Shown one piece after another: positions 29,589 through 39,580 of a stretch of DNA of 64,000 bases; the first letter of the stretch is position 1; each line of letters starts with the position of its first letter. This DNA is from an uncultured Pseudomonadota bacterium (lineage in GTDB: Bacteria > Myxococcota_A > Polyangia > Fen-1088): NCBI GenBank assembly GCA_963847705.1, contig CAWKBC010000027.1, positions 320,001 to 384,000 of the forward strand, written 5' to 3'. The position numbers and the translations under genes are program-made. The notes under the pieces were generated by a model. It saw nothing but the letters and a program-made list of their open reading frames with translations, was not told the origin of the DNA and made no database searches.

Positions 29589-29671
29589 CCTTGAGGCGGC
29601 CCGGCCGACTGCGAGAGTCCCGTGGGCTTTGCGTCGCCCGATCGCTCGGGTTTTGCCGTTTGTTCACAAGG
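29589..29671 (-). ncRNA. Cyclic di-GMP-I (GEMM-I) riboswitch
   Basis: Minus strand CCUUGUGAACAAAC-GGCAAAA-CCCGA-GCGA-UCGGG-CGACGCAAAGCCCACGGGACU-CUCGC-AGUCGGCCGGGCCGCC-UCAAGG. Shows GGCAAA, a GNRA-capped P2, GACGCAAAGC and P1 CCUUG/CAAGG, directly upstream of a CDS. Confidence 0.85.
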
Positions 29672-29912
29672 TGTCGGTCCGACACACGGAGTCTCTAAAG
29701 CAGTAATCAGGCCAACGTATTTTTTATGGGATGAGCCCAGCGAATGAGGACTCTTGCGGGGTACTGGCGACCCCAGGCGTTGCGCCGGAAGCAACAGAAG
29801 CGAACGGCAGACAACACGCGCGGGCCCGTGCGCCGTCGCTGCAGCCGCTCCTCGGCGAGCGCTTTGCCTGACAAGGGTCGACCGATCGCGACAAACCTCA
29901 GGTGGGTCACAC

Positions 29913-30464
29913 GTGAGTCATTTGCGCCTCGTTCCCCGAGCGGCTCCACAGATCACGCTCGACGACGCCTGCCTGGGCGCATTCCAGCAGGAGCTCGCCT
30001 ACGTCCATCGTTCGTTCCGGCGACTCGGGACCGCGCCCTCCGAGGTCGAGGATCTGGCGCAGGATCTGTTCCTGGCTCTTCGTCGATCCTGGAGCGAGTA
30101 CGACCCCAACCGGCCGCTGCGACCTTACCTGTTCGGGTTCGCCTTCCGGATCGCGGCGGCCCACCATCGAAAACGGAACCGCGAGGTGGCGTTCGGTATC
30201 GTCGAAATGGACGACGGGGGGCCGGGACCCGAGGAGACGCTGGAGACGAAGCAGGCCCGCGCGCTGGTGCTGGCGGCGCTCGATCGGATTCCGTTGCCGA
30301 GGCGCGCCGTCCTGGTCATGCACGAGCTCGACGACGTCCCGGTCTCCGAGGTGGCGGCGGTGCTCCAGATCCCGCTCTTCACCGTCTACTCGCGGTTGCG
30401 CAAGGCGCGCCGGGAGCTCCAGGCGGGGATGCGCCGCCTTCGGAGGGGAGCAGGCGGCGCGTGA
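29913..30464 (+). CDS. ECF sigma-70 factor (copy 1)
   Basis: EDLAQDLF..YDPNRPLRPYLFG, RRAVLVMHELDD..TVYSRLRKAR. Confidence 0.9.
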   Translation: MSHLRLVPRAAPQITLDDACLGAFQQELAYVHRSFRRLGTAPSEVEDLAQDLFLALRRSWSEYDPNRPLRPYLFGFAFRIAAAHHRKRNREVAFGIVEMDDGGPGPEETLETKQARALVLAALDRIPLPRRAVLVMHELDDVPVSEVAAVLQIPLFTVYSRLRKARRELQAGMRRLRRGAGGA

Positions 30465-31123
30465 TCTGGTCGTCTGCCAAGCTCTCGCCGGACGTACGCT
30501 CGCTGCTGGATCGCGAGCGACCGATTGCGGTCCTGCCCGCCGCCGCCCGGGCCCGGGCGCTCTCTCGCGCGCGCGCTGCGCTGGCCGCGGGGGTGGCCAC
30601 GCGGTCGAGCCCGCCGAGGGCGCCTGCGGCCTTTCGATGGGCGGCGGCGGCGGGGCTGGCCTGCATGGCGACGGTGGCGGCAGGAGCGGCCGCCTACAGG
30701 CTGGGCGTCCGCGCCCGGCCGCCGGCGCTGGCTGCCGCTGCCTCATCGCCCGCGCAATTCCCCGCGCCTCACTGGACCGCCGGAGATGAGCCGTTCCTCG
30801 ACCTGCTCGCCGCCCCCGTGCCCGCGCCGCCGCCGCCGCGCTCGGTCGCGGGCGCCATCCGGGTGGAGCTGCGTCTCCTCGAGCAGGCGCGAATGGCCGT
30901 GGCCCAGGAGGACTTCGTGCGGGCGATCGACCTGCTGGCTGAGCACGCCCGTCGCTTCAGGACGGGGCGTCTGGTGGAAGAAAGGGAGGCGCTGCGCATC
31001 AGGTCGCTGGCCGCGCTGGGCCGCCGCGGCGAGGCGCGTCGGGCGGCCGCCCAGTTCGAAGCGAGCTTCCCGCGCAGCCCGCTTCTGACGGCGATCAGCC
31101 AGATGCTCGATCCGGAGCCCTGA
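30461..31123 (+). CDS. Putative membrane anti-sigma factor with C-terminal TPR-like domain (copy 1)
   Basis: GTGA overlap with the sigma gene, single TM, Pro-rich linker, LEQAR..HARRFRTGRLVEEREAL..FPRSPLL. Confidence 0.7.
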   Translation: MIWSSAKLSPDVRSLLDRERPIAVLPAAARARALSRARAALAAGVATRSSPPRAPAAFRWAAAAGLACMATVAAGAAAYRLGVRARPPALAAAASSPAQFPAPHWTAGDEPFLDLLAAPVPAPPPPRSVAGAIRVELRLLEQARMAVAQEDFVRAIDLLAEHARRFRTGRLVEEREALRIRSLAALGRRGEARRAAAQFEASFPRSPLLTAISQMLDPEP

Positions 31124-31220
31124 GGCACGCGCCGGCGACGACTCCCCGCGTCGGTGGGGCGGGGGCTCGTTTCCGGCCTGCGGCTTTTCTGAGAAGACCT
31201 TTCATGCGCGACCACTTAGT

Positions 31221-31781
31221 ATGAGGGAGCAGTTCGTGAGTCATCTACGCCTACTGTCGTCGCCCCCCCCTCAGGTGACCGCCGATGAGGCCTGCCTTGA
31301 GGCCTTTCTACGGGAGCTCGACTACGTTCACCGGACGCTGAGGCGCCTCGGCACCTCTCCGTCGGAGACCGAAGATCTGGCGCAAGAGGTGTTCCTCGTT
31401 CTGCGCAAATGTTGGACCGCCTACGATCCGGGGCGGCCGTTGCGCCCGTACCTGTTCGGGATCGCCTTTCGGATCGCGGCGGCGCATCACCGCAAGCGCC
31501 ACCGCGAGGTGACGTTCGAGGTCGTCGAGGTCAGCGACACGGGCCCCGGGCCAGACGACGCGCTTCAGACCAAGCAGGCGCGCGCGCTCGTTCTGGCGGC
31601 GCTCGAGCACATCCCCCTGCCGCGGCGGGCGGTGTTGCTGATGCACGATCTCGACGATGTCCCCGTCGAGGAGGTCGCCTCGGCGCTGGGAATCCCGCGG
31701 TTCACCGTCTACTCGCGCTTGCGCAAGGCCCGGCGCGAGCTGGAGACCGCCGTGCGGCGACTGACAAAGGCGAGGATTTGA
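31221..31781 (+). CDS. ECF sigma-70 factor (copy 2)
   Basis: Close paralogue of 29913-30464 (SHLRL, RPLRPYLFG, AFRIAAAHHRKR, FTVYSRLRKARREL). Confidence 0.9.
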   Translation: MREQFVSHLRLLSSPPPQVTADEACLEAFLRELDYVHRTLRRLGTSPSETEDLAQEVFLVLRKCWTAYDPGRPLRPYLFGIAFRIAAAHHRKRHREVTFEVVEVSDTGPGPDDALQTKQARALVLAALEHIPLPRRAVLLMHDLDDVPVEEVASALGIPRFTVYSRLRKARRELETAVRRLTKARI

Positions 31782-32449
31782 TGACCATGCGCTCCCCGGT
31801 GTCGCCCGAAGTTCGCGCGCTGCTCGACCAAGAGCGCGTCCTGCCGCCTGTCTCGGCGTCGCAGCGTGCCCGCGCGACGGCCCGAGCGCGGGCCGCCCTC
31901 GCAGCCCCCCTGGTCGCAACGGCCGCCCCGTTCAGCGCGGCCTCGCGGCCCCGCTGGGTCGCGGCCGCGGCGGCGGGCCTGATCATCAGCGCGGCGGTCG
32001 GCGCCGCGGCCTACGAGGTCCATTCTCGGTGGGCCCCCGCGCCGGTGATGCGTCGGGCGGTCGTCTCGGCGCCCGCGGTCGCGAGCGCTCCCGCCGCTCC
32101 GCCGCCCGTCGTGGCGGTTCCCGAGTTGCTTTCTGCGCCCGCTCCCGCCCTCGGAGCGCCGGGTTTGTCGTCCTCGGACGCGGCCCGGGCAGAGCTGCAT
32201 CTGTTGAGGGAGGCGCGCGCCGCGGTCGCGCGGGGCGACTTCGCGGCCGCGCTGCCCCCGATCGCCGAGCACACCCGCCGATTCAGGAACGGCCGCCTCG
32301 TCGAGGAACGCGAGGCGCTGCGCGTGAAGGCGCTGGGGGGCCTCGGCAGAACCGTCGAAGCGCGGCGGGCCGCCGCCGCGTTCCGGGCTCGTTTTCCACG
32401 CAGCGTCCTCCTGCCGGCCGTCAGTCAGATGCCAGCCTCGGGACGCTGA
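31781..32449 (+). CDS. Putative membrane anti-sigma factor (copy 2)
   Basis: TGATG overlap with the sigma gene. Paralogue of 30461-31123 (SPEVRALLDQER, EHTRRFRNGRLVEEREAL, FPRSVLL). Confidence 0.7.
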   Translation: MTMRSPVSPEVRALLDQERVLPPVSASQRARATARARAALAAPLVATAAPFSAASRPRWVAAAAAGLIISAAVGAAAYEVHSRWAPAPVMRRAVVSAPAVASAPAAPPPVVAVPELLSAPAPALGAPGLSSSDAARAELHLLREARAAVARGDFAAALPPIAEHTRRFRNGRLVEEREALRVKALGGLGRTVEARRAAAAFRARFPRSVLLPAVSQMPASGR

Positions 32450-32490
32450 GCGGGCGTCGGCCCGGTCCTGTGGGGGCGGGGGCCTGCCGA

Positions 32491-33180
32491 CTACTTGATC
32501 GGCTTGATCGGCGGCGCCCCGGCCACCAAGTGTAGCGCGAACAGCAGGCCGGCGCTGGGGTCCGATGCGAGATAGACCGCTCCGCCGATCGCATCGGCGA
32601 TGGCGCCGGCCAAGATGAGACCGGCCTCGCCGCGCAACTCGGGCAAGGAGCGGGCGAGCACCAGGTCGAGCCGCGCCTTGCCGACGGCGCCCAGCGCTCC
32701 GGCCTCCGGTGCCCTGATCTCCACGATCACCGGCGAGCCGGCCTCCGATCGACGGACCGCCACCGTGACCGCGGCGGGCGTGGGACTCGCCGCCAGCGCA
32801 TGCTCGAGCAGAGAGGCGATCGCCGTCGTCAGCGCCGCCGCCGCTCCGACGACGCAGAGATCGGCTGGAATCGACTGCGCGCGCAGCTGCTCGGGCGATC
32901 GATCGACCTCGGCGAAGGCATCCGCGCAAGCATCAGCGAGTCGCGTGGAGGCTCCGGTGCCGGCGCTGGCCAGGGCGCGGAGCCGCCCGCCCATCCTGCG
33001 CAGCTCCTCGAGATCGTCTTCGAGGATGGCTTCCGTCTCGGCAGCATCGGCGCCGGTTGCGCCGGCCGTACCGGCCAGAGCGCGCACGCTCGACACGCCC
33101 TGCACGAAGTTGTTGATGTCGTGTGCGACCGCGCCGGCGAGAAGTCCCGTCCAGGCCGCGTTTCTGGTCGACGCGGTCAT
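32491..33180 (-). CDS. Degenerate histidine-kinase-like protein (H-box intact, ATPase boxes eroded)
   Basis: LAGAVAHDINNF H-box. N box appears as SLLEHA and G2 as AGLILA, with no DxGxG. Confidence 0.6.
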   Translation of the reverse strand: MTASTRNAAWTGLLAGAVAHDINNFVQGVSSVRALAGTAGATGADAAETEAILEDDLEELRRMGGRLRALASAGTGASTRLADACADAFAEVDRSPEQLRAQSIPADLCVVGAAAALTTAIASLLEHALAASPTPAAVTVAVRRSEAGSPVIVEIRAPEAGALGAVGKARLDLVLARSLPELRGEAGLILAGAIADAIGGAVYLASDPSAGLLFALHLVAGAPPIKPIK

Positions 33181-33192
33181 CGCCTGGGGCGC

Positions 33193-33879
33193 TCAAGCAC
33201 CGAGAGGTGCCTTGTCGTCGATGTCCATCAGGTTGTGGGCGAGCGCGTAGCGAACGAGGTCGGAGCGTCGGCTCAGGCCCAGCTTTTGGGACAACCGCGC
33301 CCGGTAGGTCTCGACGCTCTTCACGCTCACGGCGAGGCGCGCTGCGACCTCCTTGTTCGTGAAGCCCAGCGTGAGGTCGCGCAGCACCCGGGTCTCGCGC
33401 GGGCTCAGTCGGTCGAAGGCCGTTTCGGGGCCTGACGGCAGGGGTTGAGGTGGCCGCAGCACCTCGTTCAGGGCCGCGCCTGCCAGCGTCGGATCGACGT
33501 AGGTGCGTCCCTGGAGCACGGCACGGATCGCGGTGACCACCTCTCGACTGGCCGCTTGCTTCAAGATGAACCCCGAAGCGCCGGCGAGGAGCGCGACGCG
33601 AAGATACTCCGGGTCGTCGTGCATCGTGAGGATCAGGATCCGCGTGGCGAGTCCCGCCTTTCGAATTTCGCGCAGAGCCGCGATCCCGCCGCCGCCCGGC
33701 ATGGAGACATCGAGCAGCAGAAGGTCCGGTCGGGCGGTGGAGACCTGCTCGATCGTCGTTGCGACGTTCGCCGCTTCGCCCACGATCTCCAGGTCGGGCT
33801 CGCTTTCAATGGCACGCCGGAGCCCGTCACGCACCAGCGCGTGATCGTCAGCCAATACGATGCGTGCCTTTCTGTTCAC
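33193..33879 (-). CDS. NarL/FixJ-family (REC + LuxR HTH) response regulator
   Basis: VLADDHALVRDGL, LLDVSMP, LTMHDD, LSPRE..GFTNKEVA..SVKSVETYRARL. Confidence 0.93.
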   Translation of the reverse strand: MNRKARIVLADDHALVRDGLRRAIESEPDLEIVGEAANVATTIEQVSTARPDLLLLDVSMPGGGGIAALREIRKAGLATRILILTMHDDPEYLRVALLAGASGFILKQAASREVVTAIRAVLQGRTYVDPTLAGAALNEVLRPPQPLPSGPETAFDRLSPRETRVLRDLTLGFTNKEVAARLAVSVKSVETYRARLSQKLGLSRRSDLVRYALAHNLMDIDDKAPLGA

Positions 33880-33979
33880 GTTCGTTGTCAGGAAAACCCC
33901 GACAGCGGCCCGGGGTCAAGGGGATATTCCCCGATAGGCGCGGCCGCCTCAACTGGGCAGAGTCACCCCGGAGGCTTTG

Positions 33980-34201
33980 ATGAACCAGCAGCGGAGCGGG
34001 GGGAAGGCGATCAGCATGTTCACCGGCGTGAAGGTCTTTTCCGCGACGATGGCGCATGACCGCGAGATCTTGGGAGACAAGGTCATGGCCTGGATCCAGA
34101 AAAACCCCAGCAGGCAGATCGTCCAGACGGTCGTCACCCAGTCTTCGGACCAGGCGTTTCACTGCCTCGCGATCACGGTCTTCTTCTCGGAGAAGGCCTA
34201 G
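33980..34201 (+). CDS. Small conserved-looking myxobacterial protein
   Basis: FTGVKVFSATM..RE.LG..V..WI..TVVTQSSDQAFHCLAITVFF. Start could be 33977, 33980 or 34016. Confidence 0.7.
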   Translation: MNQQRSGGKAISMFTGVKVFSATMAHDREILGDKVMAWIQKNPSRQIVQTVVTQSSDQAFHCLAITVFFSEKA

Positions 34202-34263
34202 CCCCTCCCGCTCCCGCTGGGGAGAACGCGCCGAACGCCTCCAGTCGGGGTATAGTTTGGGGG

Positions 34264-34494
34264 ATGAGCGAAACCGACAAGAGAAAACAGAGTCTCTACT
34301 TTCCGGAGGCGATGCTGAAGGAGATCAGCGCGGAGGCGACGCGGCAAGATCGCTCCCTCTCCTGGATCGTGCAGAAGGCCTGGAAAGCGGCGCGCAAAGA
34401 GTTCAAGAACATTCCGTCCGTCGATGACGCTCCGGGCGGCGACAACCTGGCGCAGGACAAGCAAGACAAGCAGGACAAGGAAGACAAGAAGTAG
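34264..34494 (+). CDS. TIGR04563 (MXAN_4361/4362)-like ribbon-helix-helix small protein
   Basis: DKRKQSLYFPEAML.EI..EATRQDRSLSWIVQKAWKAAR. Confidence 0.85.
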   Translation: MSETDKRKQSLYFPEAMLKEISAEATRQDRSLSWIVQKAWKAARKEFKNIPSVDDAPGGDNLAQDKQDKQDKEDKK

Positions 34495-34524
34495 CGGGGG
34501 CTGGCGCCGGCGGCCGTCGCCGGA

Positions 34525-37500
34525 CTAGGAGGCCGCCGCTTCGTCCGGCCGACCGGCCTTCAGCTCGGCCAGGAGGCCGATGAGCTCGTCGACGTTAACC
34601 GGCTTCACCAGGTGCTCGTCGAAGCCGGCCTCTCGCCCGCGCGCCCGCTCGGAGGCCTGTCCATAGCCGGTCAGAGCGATGAGGAACAGGCCGGCGTGGC
34701 GCGGATCCGCCCGCAGCCGTCGCGCCATCTCGAACCCGTCCATGCCCGGGAGCCCGACGTCGAGGACGGCGACGTCGGGGAGGATCTCGTCGATCAGGGC
34801 AAGCCCTTCGGACCCATTCTCCGCCGTCCGACAGGCGAATCCCTCCTGGGAGAGCAGCTCGCACAGGGCTTCGCGGCTGTCAGCCTGATCTTCGACGATC
34901 ACGATCGTGGCTCCCTCGCGCAGCGACGCGCGGACGGGGCGGGCGGAGCTGGCGGGCGGCTCGGGCGCCGTGTCCCGTTTGTTCGAGAGCGGAAGCCGCA
35001 CCACGAACTCGCAGCCTTTGCCTTCCCCATCGCTGTGCACCTGCACGGTCCCCCCGTGCATGTTGACGAGCGAGCGCACCAGGGTGAGGCCCACGCCCAA
35101 CCCACCCCCCGAACGGTCGAGCGTCCGCTTCGATTGGACGAAGAGCTCGAACACCGACTCGGCCATCTCCGGGGGGAGGCCGACGCCGTCATCCTTGAGA
35201 CGAAACAGGGCCGCGCCGTCTTCTTCTCCGACCAGCAAGCTGACGTGACCACCCTTGGGGGTGTACTTGGCGGCATTGTTGAGGAGGTTGACCTGAATTT
35301 GCTGGAGGCGAGAGGGATCGGCCTCGATCCAGAGCGGCTCGCCGTCGAGATCGACGGTGAAGGTGAGTCCGCGAGACTCGAAGAGGCCACGCGCCGAGTC
35401 GGCGGCCTCGCGCGCGGCGGAGCGCAGATCGATCGCGCGCCGCTTGAGCGCGATCTTGTTCTGCGTGACCCGGCTGGCCTCCAGGAGGTCGTCGAGGAGC
35501 GCGGCCATCTGCGCGGACTGCCGCTCGAGGATGCCCAGAAATCGCGGGGTGTTGGCGGCCGCGCGCGGCGATTTCAAGAGGGCGGTGGCCGTCACGATGG
35601 CGCCCAGCGGGTTGCGCAGCTCGTGCGAGAGCATCGCCAGGAACTGGTCGCGTCGTCGGACGCTGTCCTGGATCTTCAGGTCGGCCAGCTTCTGCTCCGT
35701 GACATCGCGGAAGATCGCGGCCATGCCGACCAGAGCGCCGACCCGATCCCGCAGCGGGAGCCTGGTCACCAGGTCCCATCGCTCGGGCGCGCCGGGCCCC
35801 TGCGGAACGCTCCGCTCCAGCTTGTAGTGATGGGTCTCGCCCGTCCGGAGGACGACCTCGTCCTTCCGATGGAGCTCGAGGGCCAGCTCTTGATTGGGAA
35901 GCTCCAGCGCCGTCTTGCCGACGGCGGCGGCCGGATCCGCCAGGCCCAGCCGGGTGGCCATCGCGTCGTTGGCGCGGATGAACCGCCCGCGCTGATCCTT
36001 GAAGTAGATCGCGTCCGGAGTGGAGGCGAGGAGGCTGTTGAGCAGGTAGCGCTCGTGGAAGAGGGCGTCCTCGGCAGACTTGAGGCCGCTGACGTCGATG
36101 AGCGTGAGGACCACGCCGGCGATCGACCCCTTGGCCCGGTAGGGGAGGATTCGCGAGAAGAAGGCCTTTCCGTCGACCTCGCCCAGCTCGCGCTCGACCG
36201 GCTGGCCGGTCTTGAGGACACGATTGAGATCCTCGACCAGCTCGGGGTGCTCCATCCGGTGCGCGAAGGTCTCGATGGTCCGGCCCACGTCGTGCGGGAC
36301 CAGGCTGAAGGTCTTGGCGATCTGCGGCGTGAACTTGCGGATCTTGAGCTCCGCGTCGAGGAAGATGGTCCCGATCTCCGTGCTGGCCAGGAGGTTGTCC
36401 ATGTCGTTCGTCAGCTCGGTCAGCTCGCCGATCTTGCGCTGGTACTCGGCGTTGACGGTGTAGAGCTCCTCGTTGACGCTCTGGAGCTCTTCGTTCGTGC
36501 TCTGGAGCTCCTCGTTGGACGTCTGCAGCTCTTCGTTGCTGGCCTGGAGCTCCTCGTTGCTCGTCTCCAGCTCCTCGATCGCCGACTGGAGGCTCTCCTT
36601 GGTGTGCGCGAGCTCGGCCTCGAGGGCGCGCAGCCGATCGCGGGAGACCTGGTCGATCTCCACCTCGGTCTCGGACGGCGGCCTGGCCGCGGCCGTCGGC
36701 TCCGTCTGCTCGAACGAGACCAGCAGGTGGGGGGCTCCGCCCCCCCGGCTGCCGATGCGCTGAATGGTGACCTTGTAGGCCTGCTCGCTCTCTCGTTCGG
36801 AGACCCGAACGTCCCGGTAGACGATGGTCCCTGGCTCGACGATGGCCCGCTTGAGGCCGCCCACCAGGACCATCTTCAGCTCGGGCTCCACCAGCTCGAG
36901 GACGTCGAGCCCCTGGCGACCGTCACGCGTGGCGCAAGAAAGCGCTCGCCCCGCCGAAGGCGTGAACCAGCTCGCCGCGTTCGTTGACGAGGAGGCTCGG
37001 GCGGCATGGTACCGCTCGAGGAGGGCGTCGTAGGTGCCGAGGAGCTGGGAGAGCGAGTAGCGTCGCCGCCGCGGGTTGAAAGCGGGGGCAGGGCGGGGCG
37101 GGCCGTCGTCGATGACGGCTGCAATCGCGCGTCGACCTGGATGCGGGTGTCGCTGTATTTCGGTAGACGCGCCAGTGCTTGTCGAGCGTCTCGTAGCCCG
37201 CTGCCAGAGGGCCGACCGTTCTCGCTCGGCCCCAGGAAGAGGAATCCGTTCCGGTTGAGCGCGAAGTGAAACAGCGAGAGCACCTTCTGCTGCGCGGCCG
37301 GCTGCAGGTAGATGAGGAGGTTGCGGCAGGTGATGAGATCGACGCGGGTGAAGGGCGCGTCCTTGATGACGTTGTGCTGCGCGAAGACGATCCGCTGGCG
37401 CAGCTCGGGGACGACCTGGTAGCGCTCGCCGATCCGCGTGAAGTAACGCGCCAGGCGCTCCTGCGGAGACGCCGGCCAGAGCCTCCTGCGTCGTAGATGG

Positions 37501-38599
37501 CCCGGGTGGCGTGCTCGAGCGAGCCCCGGTGCACGTCGGTCGCGAAGATCTTGATCGGGCGCTCACCCCGCGTGGCCATCAGATCCTCGCAGCAGGATGG
37601 CCAGCGAGTAGGCCTCTTCGCCCGTCGCGCAGCCGGCGACCCAGAGACGCAGCGGGGCCTCGCGCGGCTGGCGCGCCAGCAGGTCGGGGAGGACCTGGTT
37701 CTCGAGGACCTGCGAAGGCCTGCTCGTCGCGGAAGAAGCGCGTCACCTCGATGAGCAGATCGCGATAGAGAACGTCGAGCTCGCCGCGATCGGATTTCAA
37801 CCGCCGGATGTATTCGTCGATGTCCGCCGAACGGGCCAGGGCCAGCCGCCGCTCGATGCGCCGGGTGACGGTGCTCGGCTTGTAGTGCGTGAAGTCGATC
37901 CCGTACTCCTCCTGCAACATCCGATAGACCTCGACCACCGTGGCATTGCCGGCCGGGGCCTCGGTCACCGGCACCCGCTTCGAGGCCGCGGAGCGGCCCG
38001 CCGTGTGCTCCAACAGAACCCGGGGCATGTCGGAGGGGGAGAGGACCCAGTCGGCCAGGCCCGAGTCGGCCGCCGTCCGCGGCATCCCGTCGAACTGGGC
38101 GCTCTCGACGTCCTGGACGATCACCATCCCGCCGGCCTCGTGCACGTCGCGGATCCCGCGCGACCCGTCGCTGCCGCCGCCCGAGAGAACGACCGCCACC
38201 GCCCGCGCGCCACAGTCCTGGGCCAGCGAGCGAAAGAAGATGTCGATCGGCAGCGTCCGTTCCTGATGCCGCTCCTGCTCACTCAGCAGGAGGCGGCCGC
38301 CGGAGATGATCATCTCGTTCTTCGGGCGGGATCAGATAGACGTGCTCCGCCTCGACCGGCATCCCGTTCTCCACGAGGTGAATCGGCAACTCGGTATGAC
38401 GGGCCAGGAGCTCGTCCATCATGCTCCTGAAGTCGGGCGAGAGGTGCTGAACGATGACGAACGCCAGGCCCGTCTCCCGGGGCAGGTTGTCGAAGAAGCG
38501 TTCGATGGCTTCGAGCCCGCCGGCGGAGGCGCCGATCCCCACGACGTGGGAGGGGGAGCGGGACAATCCGAAGGCCACGTTTGTCCTCGGGCTATCCAT
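34525..38599 (-). CDS. CheB-CheR-coiled coil-PAS-PAS-histidine kinase-receiver fusion, broken by several frameshifts at ~36900-38330
   Basis: Che[45 protein letters not shown]. Che[34 protein letters not shown] repeats, SHELRNPL, HATPase, REC. Pieces lie in different frames. Confidence 0.85.
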
Positions 38600-38810
38600 T
38601 TTCCCGGAGGTTAAGCATCGCTCATGCGGAGGGAATGGCCCTTCATGCTTGCTTGAGCGTTGAGGCTAGTTTGTGGCGGCAGGCCCAAAAAAGATGGGGC
38701 GAAACCGGGGCGGCGCTCCGCTCCCCCCCCTTGCGCGCTCATCCGCTCGAATTAGGTTTCGTCCGCCGTGCTCTGTCGAGCGTCGGCGGTCAGGGCGACC
38801 AATCCCCGCG

Positions 38811-39029
38811 ATGAAATCTCCACCGAAGAACCGACACGCCGTCGCCTTGGGGCGGCTCGGTGGGGAGAAGGGCGGCCCGGCGCGCGCCAAGGCGCTGAGC
38901 GCCCGGCGCCGGCGGGAGATCGCCACGCGGGCAGGGCTGGCGCGGGCGGGCTCGCTCACCGCCGAAGAGCGAAAGGCCCTCGCCCGGCGGGCGGCGCTGG
39001 CCCGCTGGGCGCAGCGCCCCCCCAGCTAG
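38811..39029 (+). CDS. Small basic protein (KNxHAVALGRLGGxKGGxARA..L..ERxxIA..AA.ARW family)
   Basis: Recognisable small basic KGG-like motif with an internally duplicated second half. Confidence 0.65.
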   Translation: MKSPPKNRHAVALGRLGGEKGGPARAKALSARRRREIATRAGLARAGSLTAEERKALARRAALARWAQRPPS

Positions 39030-39094
39030 GAAATGAGTCAGGAAGAGCGGGCGAGCACCCGCGCCGCCCAGGGGCGACGCGGGTGCGCCCAGTT

Positions 39095-39580
39095 TTACAG
39101 GTGCGGGGCGGTCTCCGTTTCGGAGGGGATTGCTTCGCGCGGATTCCCGTCCTCCAGGAGCTCGTCGCGGGTCTCTTCCATCGCCTCGGCGATGGCCTCC
39201 AGCGTCTCCTCGTCGAACAGCTTCTCCACCTTGGGGAAAAGCTCTTTCTCTTCCTCTCCCACGTGATGCTGCACGTCCTCCTCCAGCACCGTCACCTTGG
39301 CCTCGAACGTCGGGTCCTTTGCCTCCAGGGCCAGGAGGTCGGCGATCACCCGCTTGATCTCCAGGTGCTCCTCCAGTGATTCGAGCAGCAGATCCTCCGT
39401 GGCCTTCTTCTTCACCGAGGGATAGAAGTGTTTCTCCTCGATCGTCGCATGGACCGCCAGCGCGTCGGCGATCTGCTCGAAGATCTTTCGCTGCGGACCC
39501 GCTGATTTTGCCTTCTTGAACTGGGCAAACAGCGCCTCGACCTCACGGTGCTGCTGCTTCAACATCTCGATCGCGTTCAT
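39095..39580 (-). CDS. Hemerythrin (HHE) domain protein
   Basis: LKQQHREVE, LAVHATIEEKHFYP, EEHLEIK, HHVGEEEKELFP. Confidence 0.9.
   Translation of the reverse strand: MNAIEMLKQQHREVEALFAQFKKAKSAGPQRKIFEQIADALAVHATIEEKHFYPSVKKKATEDLLLESLEEHLEIKRVIADLLALEAKDPTFEAKVTVLEEDVQHHVGEEEKELFPKVEKLFDEETLEAIAEAMEETRDELLEDGNPREAIPSETETAPHL

Noticed and set aside
34612-36987. Long antisense ORFs (also 9691-11244, 12575-14488, 56115-58259, 58570-60726)
   Set aside because: Typical stop-poor shadow frames in high-GC DNA, opposite well-supported genes and without motifs.
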